DNA of 64,000 bases from an uncultured delta proteobacterium (lineage in GTDB: Bacteria > Desulfobacterota > RBG-13-43-22): NCBI GenBank assembly GCA_963790475.1, contig CAWBOS010000013.1, positions 128,001-192,000 of the forward strand, in the 5' to 3' direction. The translations under genes were made by a program, and so were the position numbers. The notes below the pieces were generated by a model, which was not told where the DNA came from, searched no databases, and saw only the letters and a list, made by a program, of their open reading frames with translations. How positions within the stretch are numbered: the first letter of the stretch is position 1; each line of letters starts with the position of its first letter. Below, one piece after another: positions 40,184 to 48,907 of this stretch.

Positions 40184-41605
40184 ATGAGCATACGGGATAC
40201 CATGAAGAAGCTATTGGGTGGTAAGCCCGTTGATATCGGTGAGCTTAATAGGCGAACAACACGGGAATCTTTGCAGAAGGTTCCTATCCCCGTACCCAAA
40301 AACCCTCTTGAAGGGATTCACATCACTGATGAATTTAGAACAGTCGAGTCTTTGCTTGATGCTGGCTACCCAGTAGTCTTCGTCTCTGGCAATGCTGGCA
40401 CGGGAAAGTCAACATTGATCCATTATCTACGAACTGTCCTAAAGAAGAAGTTGGTAGTTGTAGCCCCAACTGGTGTGGCTGCCCTGAACGTCGGCGGCGT
40501 TACAATTCATTCATTTTTCCATCTCCCCCCGAAGATCCACGAAGACGAAGATATCAAACTCGTATATGACAGGAGGCTTTACCAGAAACTAGACTTGCTT
40601 ATTATCGATGAAGTCTCAATGGTCCGATGTGATCTCATGGACAGCATTGACAATTTCCTCAAAAAGAATAGGGCGAACAATGACCCCTTCGGTGGCGTTC
40701 AATTGCTACTGATTGGCGACCTCTTTCAATTGCCGCCTGTCGTTCCTAGGCAGGAAATGGTTATATTAAAAGAGAAGGGATACTTCAGCCCTTACTTCTT
40801 TAGTTCGTTTAGCCTGCAGAAAAGTTCCCTGGTTCCCATTGAGCTTACATTTGTCTATAGACAAGAGGACTCCTTTTTCGTATCTCTGCTGAATAGTTTG
40901 CGGATAGGGGAGAACGTAGATTTAGCAACTGCCGAGGTCAATTCCCGGTGTTATTGGAACGGAGATGTATCTACAGACATCACTCTGACTTGCACGAACA
41001 TAAGGGCTGACCAAATCAACATGGATGAATTGCACCAGATACTTGAAAGAGAGTATGCCTTCAAAGGCGAAATCAAAGGACGGTTCTCTCTTGAAGAAGA
41101 CAAACTGCCTTCCCCGCTTGACCTAAGGTTGAAAGTCGGTGCACGAGTTATGTTCACCAAGAACGACGATCACCGAAGGTGGGTCAATGGAACTCTCGGT
41201 ATCATACGACATATAGACCAAAAATCAATCGGCGTTGAACTTGTTACTGATCAGAAAGGGTCAAACTTTGATGTTCAAAGGGTTACATGGGAGACATACA
41301 AGTATGCCTACAGCCCCGAGAAGGACCAGATACTTGCGAAAAAAGTAGGCGAGTACACACAGTATCCCTTAATGCTGGCATGGGCCGTCACTATACACAA
41401 GAGTCAAGGCAAGACCCTGAAAAACGTCCTGGTTGATCTGGGCAATGGTGCATTTACTTCTGGCCAGGTCTACGTGGCGCTTAGTCGTTGTCGATCTATA
41501 AAAGACATCCGTCTCGCACGTCCACTTCGGAATACAGACGTGAAATGTGATCCTTTGATTAAAAGATTCTACCTAACTTTGGATGAAATGAAAAAGAGAA
41601 TGTGA
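40184..41605 (+). CDS. Pif1-family (SF1B) DNA helicase
   Basis: GNAGTGKS, APTGVAA, TIHSFF, IDEVSM, GDLFQLPPV, YRQ, LKVGARVM, YPLMLAWAVTIHKSQG, GQVYVALSR. Confidence 0.9.
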   Translation: MSIRDTMKKLLGGKPVDIGELNRRTTRESLQKVPIPVPKNPLEGIHITDEFRTVESLLDAGYPVVFVSGNAGTGKSTLIHYLRTVLKKKLVVVAPTGVAALNVGGVTIHSFFHLPPKIHEDEDIKLVYDRRLYQKLDLLIIDEVSMVRCDLMDSIDNFLKKNRANNDPFGGVQLLLIGDLFQLPPVVPRQEMVILKEKGYFSPYFFSSFSLQKSSLVPIELTFVYRQEDSFFVSLLNSLRIGENVDLATAEVNSRCYWNGDVSTDITLTCTNIRADQINMDELHQILEREYAFKGEIKGRFSLEEDKLPSPLDLRLKVGARVMFTKNDDHRRWVNGTLGIIRHIDQKSIGVELVTDQKGSNFDVQRVTWETYKYAYSPEKDQILAKKVGEYTQYPLMLAWAVTIHKSQGKTLKNVLVDLGNGAFTSGQVYVALSRCRSIKDIRLARPLRNTDVKCDPLIKRFYLTLDEMKKRM

Positions 41606-41609
41606 TTTA

Positions 41610-42390
41610 ATGGAAAATTATTCAGACCACCTAATGCCCGAAGAGAAAGAACTTTTTGAAAAAAAGAAGGAATTAACAGTTCTTGAAGAAGAGTTGTTCC
41701 AGCAGGAGTTGGATTTGGCAACGACAAAGGCCGATCTTCTGGTATATGAAGGGAAGTATATTCGTATTGTTGGTAGCCTTTATGCAGAACTTGATGAGAT
41801 AGAGGCCCAAATATCTGAAGCAGAAGCAAACCTTGACCTTAATAACAAAGAGACTTTATTTAAAGCCAAAGAGGCCCGTCGAAAGGCACAAGAATCCCAC
41901 GAGGCTACCACATCTGCCATAATAGAAAAGGCACAAAAAAAATTCCGGCCATCAGATGAAATTAAAAAACTTTATCGTCAGGCGGCTAAAGCTATGCATC
42001 CGGATTTGTCAACAGACGAAAAGTCACACACTATACGAAAACAAATGATGGCTGAAGTAAACCTCGCTTACGAAGAAGGAAGCGAAGAAAAGCTGTGTGA
42101 AATTTTAAGACGGTGGGAAACTAGTCCGGATTCTGTTGAGGGGGAAGGGGTTGGAGCGGAGCTAATTAGAATAATCAGAAAAATTACTCAAATAAAGGAT
42201 CGATTAAAGGCTATTAAAGTTGAAATTTCGGATTTAGAGAAATCAGAATCTTTGGAAGTTAAAGGAAGAAATCAAAAAAGCAGAAAAAGAGGGAAGAGAT
42301 CTTCTTAAGGAAATGGCCGATAGACTATATGATCAAATACTGTCGGCAAGAGCCAGATTAAAAAATGTGAATATAAAAACCAGTGGTTAA
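41610..42390 (+). CDS. Coiled-coil protein with J-domain-like HPD motif (probable frameshift ~42250)
   Basis: KKLYRQAAKAMHPDL...MAEVNLAY; the shifted frame continues LWKLKEEIKKAEKEGRDLLKEMA... to TAA at 42388-42390, overlapping the next ATG. Confidence 0.75.
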
Positions 42391-44045
42391 TGGTTAATGG
42401 AATGACTGATAATACTGAAAAGCAAACAAGTTTAATCTCCTTAAGCAAGTTAGAAATAGCAAAATATTCTCAAGGCTTAATTAAAAGGGGGATAGAGTTA
42501 ACTAAGGAGATAAATTTACAAGTCATAAAGAGCGCAAATGACTATTTTGACGTAGGGATAGGATGCTATGAAAAGAAAGATTTTGAGGGGGCTATTGCAA
42601 ATTTTACGAAATCGATTGCAATAGATGTTGATTTTTCTCAAGCCTACCTATATCGGGGGAAAGCTTTTTGTTATAGAACAAATAAAGAATGGAAAGCTGA
42701 ATACACAAATTTAATAGTCAAAGGAAGTTATGTTAAAGACGACAATGACCCTTTTGTTTTTAGTTCACGGCTAACTCACTTGGATACTTTCAATAATGTC
42801 TGTTTTTATTTACTCCAAGGGATTTGTTTTATGCAAGATATTTCCGGGGATGATAATGCACCTAATCGGCCTAATGGAGAAAAATTTGAAATATCCTCTG
42901 ATGATTTATTTTCTTATTTTGCAAAGCCAATAGTTCCTATGCGTGTTAAATCTGTCAATATTTTTTTGGCTTCTCCTGCAAAGATTGAAGGGAATTCTTT
43001 TGGTGAGATAAAAACGCCTGATACTCTTATCAAAATCAGATTGGGGCAGATAGATCGAAGACCATTCCGGTCTAAATATAGTTATAAGCCAAAAATGAAG
43101 GGATTATTTTGTTGTAGGATATTTGGGCCTATTAAGGACTATGAGTGTATTTGTGGCAAATACAATCTGATGAAGCACCGCGGAGTTGTCTGCGAAAAGT
43201 GTAGGGTTGAGGTCATTCAGTCCAAGGCCAGGCGACAGCGCATGGGACATATTAAGCTGACAATTCCAGTGGTCCACACTTGGTTTCTTAAATATCTCCC
43301 TTATCAAATTGACATACTTTTGGATATGCCAAGAGAGGAATTAGAAAAAATAATCTATTATAACTCATGGATTGTTCTTGACCCTCGTCAAACATCACTT
43401 AAGAGAAGAGAAGTGCTGGATAAAGAGGGATATAAACAGGTTATAAAGAATTATGGTTTTAATTCATGTGAAATGAGTTCGGGGGCTGAGGCAGTTAAAA
43501 GATTACTTGAAGAGTTAGATCTTAAAAAAACAACCGACCAAATACTATCAGACATTAATAAAACAAATTCAGAAATAAAAAAGACTTTTCTAAAGACAAG
43601 ATTGGAGACTATTAATTATTTCATTAGAACAGGAGTTAAACCGGAATGGATAATTCTTAACGTTTTGCCTATAATACCACCAGGTTATAGGCCGCTCTTC
43701 CCAGATAGTTTTGAAATAAGTCTCAATCATCATTACAAAGTTGTCATTAACCAGAATAATTATTTGAAGCGATTACTTGATCAAAATCTCCCTGAGGCAA
43801 TTATTACGATGGCGAAAAAAACCCTTCAGAGGTCTGTCGATGCTCTTTTTGAGAACGAGCAATTTGGAAAAGATCCAAGGGATTATGAACAAGCTATTTC
43901 TGATTTTGATACTTTTATGAGATTAGAACCCAACAGAGAAGAGCCGTATTTTTATCGAGGAGTATTTTTTTTAGAAAGAGGGAGGATTGATGAGGCGTTT
44001 AAAGATTTAAATCATATATCATCTTTTAGAAAGAAAGAAGATTGA
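42390..44045 (+). CDS. TPR protein with an inserted RNA polymerase beta-prime (RpoC) N-terminal clamp domain
   Basis: TPRs at both ends (YFDVG..CYEKKDFEGAIANFTKSI..D..F..AYLYRG; DYEQAISDF..F.RLEP....YFYRG); aa ~184-489 follow RpoC: LASP, GEIKTPDT, GLFC.RIFGPIKDYECICGKY, GVVCEKC.VEV...RR.RMGHI.L..PV.H.WF, GAEAVK.LL, PEW.IL..LP.IPP..RP, VIN.NN.LKRLL, LQ..VDALF.N. Confidence 0.9.
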   Translation: MVNGMTDNTEKQTSLISLSKLEIAKYSQGLIKRGIELTKEINLQVIKSANDYFDVGIGCYEKKDFEGAIANFTKSIAIDVDFSQAYLYRGKAFCYRTNKEWKAEYTNLIVKGSYVKDDNDPFVFSSRLTHLDTFNNVCFYLLQGICFMQDISGDDNAPNRPNGEKFEISSDDLFSYFAKPIVPMRVKSVNIFLASPAKIEGNSFGEIKTPDTLIKIRLGQIDRRPFRSKYSYKPKMKGLFCCRIFGPIKDYECICGKYNLMKHRGVVCEKCRVEVIQSKARRQRMGHIKLTIPVVHTWFLKYLPYQIDILLDMPREELEKIIYYNSWIVLDPRQTSLKRREVLDKEGYKQVIKNYGFNSCEMSSGAEAVKRLLEELDLKKTTDQILSDINKTNSEIKKTFLKTRLETINYFIRTGVKPEWIILNVLPIIPPGYRPLFPDSFEISLNHHYKVVINQNNYLKRLLDQNLPEAIITMAKKTLQRSVDALFENEQFGKDPRDYEQAISDFDTFMRLEPNREEPYFYRGVFFLERGRIDEAFKDLNHISSFRKKED

Positions 44046-44204
44046 TGAAGCGTTTGCGGATTTAAACATTTAACATCGCTAAAATAGAATTGGTTCAACA
44101 AGAAAAGTTTGGATTTGTTCAAAAAGTAAGCGACTATTTATTAAGTTTTTGGAAAAGAAACGGATTCAGTCAAGATATTGACCCGAGATTAAAAGGCAAG
44201 CAAA

Positions 44205-45053
44205 ATGGAGTTTGTAGATTGTCGTAAATGCGGGTTTAAAAATCCTCTTCCTATCTATGAGATGATATGCGGTAATTGCGGATATCGTCTTTACCTTGGT
44301 CGAAATGCTCAATATGTAGAAAGGGAACTTACGCAAGGTACGCCCACGTGGCATGATTGGCGAAGAGAAGGAATAGGTGCGTCGGAAGCGCCTACTGCTA
44401 TGGGCGTGTCTAAGTTTATGTCTATTGAGAAGTTGGTAAAGATTAAGACCGGAAAGACGCCCGAACCGCCTTCAAATAAATATATGAGTCGAGGGAAAGA
44501 ACTGGAGAAACCTGCAAGGGAATTGTATATCAAAAAGACAGGCATAACCGTTCATCCGTCATGTCTTGAATCGCTTGACCGGGGATGGATGAGAGCAAGC
44601 CTGGACGGATGGTCAAAAGAAAACCATCTCGTAGTCGAAATCAAGTGTCCGCAGGGAGAGAAAGACCACTCGCAAGCACTTAGGGGAAAAGTTCCAGAGC
44701 ATTACTATCCACAACTTCAACACATTCTTGCGGTAACTGGCTTTTCAGAGATTGACTATTGGAGCTTTCGGAAAGGTAAGGGAGTCCTCCTGAAAGTTAA
44801 GAGGGATGAGAATTATATCCAAAAACTTATTTCGACTGAAGTGAAGATATGGCATAGAATTACATCGGATAAAAATTTTAATAGTGGCAGCAAAGTTGTT
44901 TTAACCTGCCCAAATCCAAGTTGTTCAAAAGGGCTGAAGGTCTCAACTGGTGGAGATTTACCAAGGAGGGTATTTGTCTGTATGCACTGCGGGATTGAAT
45001 TTGAATTATATGAGAGTCCTTGGGGTATCAAGCCTCGTATCAAATCTAATTAG
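44205..45053 (+). CDS. YqaJ/lambda-exonuclease-family nuclease with N- and C-terminal zinc ribbons
   Basis: QGT..W..WRR.GIGASE, RG.ELE..AR, ASLDG, EIKCP, YYPQLQH; CRKC/CGNC and CPNPSC/CMHC. Confidence 0.85.
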   Translation: MEFVDCRKCGFKNPLPIYEMICGNCGYRLYLGRNAQYVERELTQGTPTWHDWRREGIGASEAPTAMGVSKFMSIEKLVKIKTGKTPEPPSNKYMSRGKELEKPARELYIKKTGITVHPSCLESLDRGWMRASLDGWSKENHLVVEIKCPQGEKDHSQALRGKVPEHYYPQLQHILAVTGFSEIDYWSFRKGKGVLLKVKRDENYIQKLISTEVKIWHRITSDKNFNSGSKVVLTCPNPSCSKGLKVSTGGDLPRRVFVCMHCGIEFELYESPWGIKPRIKSN

Positions 45054-45115
45054 TGTCCATCCGGAAGTGGACTTTCCCATATCATATAGATAGGGTTGGG
45101 GTATTGAGCGTGGAT

Positions 45116-45895
45116 ATGAAAATCCTGGATAATCTGAGCTACGTTCCGATTGGTAGATGCATATACTGCGGAGATACTGAAGACCTGCAGAAAGAACATA
45201 TCCTCCCATTCGGTTTAGGGGGCACTACCGTTTTGCCAGATTCAACATGTAGAGAGTGCGCGAAAATTACAGGGCAGGTGGAGCAGAAGGTCCTCCGCGG
45301 TCCAATGTGGGGTCTACGGATTTACCGAGGACTAAAGTCCAGAACAAAACATGAAGAGGCTCCTAAATGTTACCCCCTTAAAATCATAAAGAACGGAGCG
45401 GAACAGTTAGTTGAACTGTCTATCAATGAATTCCCCATAATGTTGCATTTTCCGATTTTTGAACCGCCTGCATATCTGAATCCAAATGCCTATAAAAAAG
45501 GCATCTTGGTGAGCGGTGTTGTTACCGTTTCTTTCGGGCCACGCCCCGAAGAAGTTGCTCGGACATTAGGTGCCAAATCTATCTCTATTAGCCAAGACCA
45601 GGAACCAGTTGCATTTGCCCGCATGATAGCCAAAATAGCGTATTCTTGGGCGGCAGCAGAGGGCAAACTTGATCTTTTGCGAGGCGCTTCTCCAGTTGTC
45701 TCAGCTATTTTGGGCAAGACAGACGATATCGGTCGCTGGGTTGGTACGGTTACTGATCACATACAGAAGCATAACGGTTTGCTGCACCGTATACTGATTC
45801 ATGAAGATGACGACAGGCACCTTCTAATCGGGGAGGTCCACCTGTTCAGTGACTCTGAAACGCCCAAATATGGAGTAATCCTTGGTGAAATCTAA
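45116..45895 (+). CDS. HNH-endonuclease-like protein
   Basis: CIYCG...EHILPFGLGG...CRECA; start at 45116 or 45053. Confidence 0.7.
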   Translation: MKILDNLSYVPIGRCIYCGDTEDLQKEHILPFGLGGTTVLPDSTCRECAKITGQVEQKVLRGPMWGLRIYRGLKSRTKHEEAPKCYPLKIIKNGAEQLVELSINEFPIMLHFPIFEPPAYLNPNAYKKGILVSGVVTVSFGPRPEEVARTLGAKSISISQDQEPVAFARMIAKIAYSWAAAEGKLDLLRGASPVVSAILGKTDDIGRWVGTVTDHIQKHNGLLHRILIHEDDDRHLLIGEVHLFSDSETPKYGVILGEI

Positions 45896-46048
45896 GCCTA
45901 CCTACTTATCGCTTAAAGAGACAGTGCACTGGATCGCCGACAAATCCAGCTCTCGGTGACCTCAGCGTTATTTACTAACTTTCATATCGTAAGTGTTGCC
46001 CTTTTTGCTTCGCAAAAGTAACCATTTGTAGGTGAACTTAGCATTTGA

Positions 46049-46405
46049 TTATTGGCAATGAGGCCGGTCCGGGTTCTTCCACCGGCCTCCCCAAACTCCT
46101 CCAACCGATTCCCAAAGGTGGCCCGCCTCATCATAATCAGGCCCGGCGCTCTGATTGGTATCGACCTTGATATCCCAAACGGGCTTTCCGTCCCAGGTGA
46201 TCGCAAAATCAAAGACCCGGGCTTTGTCGTTATCCGGATCATGGGCTCGATGTCAACGATATGCAACGACTTCAAGGTCCAGGTGATTATCCTGTTTTTG
46301 GGATCGTGGATGGGGGTTAGCCCAACCAGCCAGCGATAGGAACAGGCCACCCTGGTCGGACAATACCGTAATCTCTTCCCCCCCGGTTACTATTTTAGAT
46401 CTCAT
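46049..46405 (-). pseudogene. Relic of a phage-type M15 peptidase (endolysin)
   Basis: Fragments IITWTLKSLH and ARVFDFAITWDGKPVWD...YDEAGHLWESVGGVWGGRWKNPDRPHCQ* in different frames. Confidence 0.65.
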
Positions 46406-46418
46406 TCCTTTGTCTCAT

Positions 46419-46495
46419 AAAACAAAACCCCCACCTCTCTTTGAGAAATGGGGGTTATCATTCTTCCATGGATGCTCACATTCTGAAGGCTGCCG
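46419..46495 (-). repeat. Conserved leader/terminator element, copy 3 (diverged)
   Basis: GGCAGCCTTC...ATG GAA GAA TGA TAA CCCCCATTTCTCAAAGAGAGGTGGGGG TTTTGTTTT. Confidence 0.7.
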
Positions 46496-46575
46496 GTGTA
46501 ACGGTCAAGGGGAAAGCTATCTCTATCCCACATTCGTCGCGGTATGATTTTCGGAATAAAGTGTCAGAGTTTTTT

Positions 46576-47186
46576 TTAATTTCTCAACCTTTCCTGTTTT
46601 TTCCATTTATAGTATTTCTCGTTTGCCAACCGCAACATATCAAAGTCTCCAGGACTATCCCCATAGGCATATATGTTTTTAAAATTTTCCAGATTGAAAT
46701 ATTCTTTTATCCTCTTTATTTTTTCCGCACCGTAACAGTTTTTTCCTGCTATTCTTCCTGTAATTCTCGATTCAATCACCTCCAACTCTGTGGCAATCAA
46801 ACCAAAACCATATTTTTTACACCAATGCTTTAAATAATCTTCGATTGAAGCTGAGACAATCACAATTTCATGTCCGGCGGCTTTATGAAACTGTAATCGT
46901 TCTATGGCTACCTTTCTTATTAAATTGGGCAATTTTTTATTAGAGAAGTGGATAGCCTGTTCCTCGAATAATTTTTTTTCCCATCCACCAAAATAATATC
47001 TGAGAACAGCCTCTTTAGCCTTCCAGTTTGGCAATACTTTGAGTTTATAGGCGATAACAATTGGGCTTAATAATAAAGAACCCATTAAAACCTAGGGTAG
47101 CCAACGGCAAACAGTATAAAATCAATGAAGCTGTCACGATAAGTGATTGTGCCGTCAAAGTCAAAAAGAACAAGCGTGTTTTTCAT
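46576..47186 (-). CDS. HAD-IB family hydrolase (frameshift in T run ~47090)
   Basis: MKNTLVLFDFDGTIT, IVSAS, NCYGAEK, AYGDSPGD..ML. Confidence 0.8.
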
Positions 47187-47539
47187 GGTTTTTGGAAACG
47201 GATCATTTTATATATGATTTGTCATTGAAAAAATTTGATATTAATTTTCTCGAAATTTCCTATTCTTTAATTAGAAAAAAGCCAATGAATTTAATAAACA
47301 GAAAGCATTTGCACCGAATTTTTTACCCTTGTGTGTGTGAAGCGAAAGGAGTCCCATTCCCTATTGACACCCCCCCTCACTTTTGGTCCCCCCCTACCCA
47401 CTGTGCTTTAACTGTGCAGTTGCCATTAATAACCAGCATGAAATGACATCACGTCTCAAAGGCTTTTCTTCCGCCATTTATCTTGAATTTATTGTAATTA
47501 TGAGTTATGATGAAATAAAAAGTGGGATATGGAAAATAC

Positions 47540-47584
47540 TTCGTAATCAGCAGGCCGCGGGTTCAAATCCCATCGCCGGCTCCA
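47540..47584 (+). repeat. att duplication (3' 45 bp of tRNA-Thr)
   Basis: Identical to 30446-30490; followed by an IHF-like AATCAACTGGTTA. Confidence 0.95.
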
Positions 47585-47644
47585 CTTCAAATCAACTGGT
47601 TACGAATGAGTTGATCTATGGCCGCGTCGTGATCGGATGATCTG

Positions 47645-47826
47645 GGCAGGTCTCCATAAATATCCGATGTGCCCTCTAACTACTATCACCCAATTGCTCC
47701 TGCATGTACTTGGGATTCTGACCGGCCTCAATTTTCAGCTGGGGTTGGTATGCTTGAGATCGTGAGATCTGTTTTTGGCAACTTTCGCCCGGCTCAAAGC
47801 CGGATAAAAAATCCTTTTCAGCATAT
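47645..47826 (-). pseudogene. Degenerate tyrosine integrase C-terminus
   Basis: Fragments RIFYPAL..A...RSHDLKHT / IEAGQNPKYMQEQLGDSS / TSDIYGDL across frames with stops. Confidence 0.7.
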
Positions 47827-47982
47827 AGGGTTGAAGATGGAAGCAGATAGGTAAACGCGGAAAAATAAAGTTTTAAGTAGTGGCATGTGGTTCTTTTCTC
47901 AAACGTCATTTTAAAATTTGGACGATTCTGGCTGATTTCTAATGAGAATCATTGGCAAAACATCCTAACAAGAATTCATATC

Positions 47983-48780
47983 CTATAATGTCCAAATACA
48001 CTTAACAAAACGGTATGGGTCCTCCTGGATTTTATCAGTGATTCCGCTTGAGGGGAAACCGTTGAGAGATGCCTCTACATAGCGGCGGAGCTTCTTCTTG
48101 GCCCGTTTGGTATCGAACTCCGGGTCACCCTCAATTTTCTTAATCAGCTTATAATAGCTTTCCACAGGCGCATAAGTTTCGAGAACGTCCAGAATAAATT
48201 TTTCCTGAATAGCCTGTTTCATGGTGTAACTGTGAAGAGGGCGGTGTTTGATTTTACCGCCCAGTTCATAACCCTCGCCGAAAATTTCAAGGGTCTTATT
48301 CTTTGGCGTGGCCGTAAAGGCAAAATAACTCGCATTAGACAGGAGCTTCCGGGCCTCCATGATGCGGTTGATTTTATCCTCTGTGGTTTAACCATCTTCT
48401 TCTGCCCCGGTTGTGGATAGTGCTGCGCTTACCGCCGCTGAGGTTTTGCCGCCCTGACTCGAATGGGCCTCATCGATGATGATAGCAAAGTTGTTCCCCC
48501 GTTGCTCGTTCCCGATTTCGTCGAGGATATAAGGGAACTTTTGGACCGTGGAGATAATGATTTTCTTGCCGCTTTTAATAAACCTGCGCAAATCTCCCGA
48601 ATGCTCGGCATGTCCAACCGTCGCCCCCACCTGGGCGAACTGCTTGATGGTATCACCGATCTGTTTGTCGAGGATCCGCCGGTCCGTAACGACGATGATC
48701 GAATCAAAGACGACCTTATCGTTTATAGTAAGGCCGATGAGCTGATGGGCGAGCCAGGCGATGGAACAACTCCGGGCTGT
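47983..48780 (-). pseudogene. hsdR: Internal fragment of type I restriction subunit HsdR
   Basis: SIAWLAHQL, VVTDRRILD, STVQKF, IIDEAHSSQ, FAFTATPK, YTMKQAIQE; truncated at both ends. Confidence 0.8.
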
Positions 48781-48907
48781 GGCTTTTATCACCGGGCAAA
48801 CTCTTCGAGCAGTTGATAGCTCTTTCCAGATAACCTGTCTGGTGTCATCTTCTGCTACGGGACCGTGTTGAAATAAATCAGACATATTACAAAAGTCTCT
48901 GTCATTT

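Larger units (their letters stand above)
30491..47584. mobile_element. tRNA-Thr-integrated genomic (defence) island, ~17 kb
   Basis: 45-bp exact duplication of the tRNA 3' end (30446-30490 = 47540-47584); AT-rich accessory genes in between. Confidence 0.9.

Noticed and set aside
42939-43856. Housekeeping rpoC or split rpoC1 gene
   Set aside because: Ends before the catalytic NADFDGD region, is embedded between TPRs, has no rpoB/ribosomal context, and is diverged at normally invariant residues
47540-47584. Second tRNA gene
   Set aside because: Only the 3' 45 nt; no D-arm or 5' acceptor strand, so it is an att site
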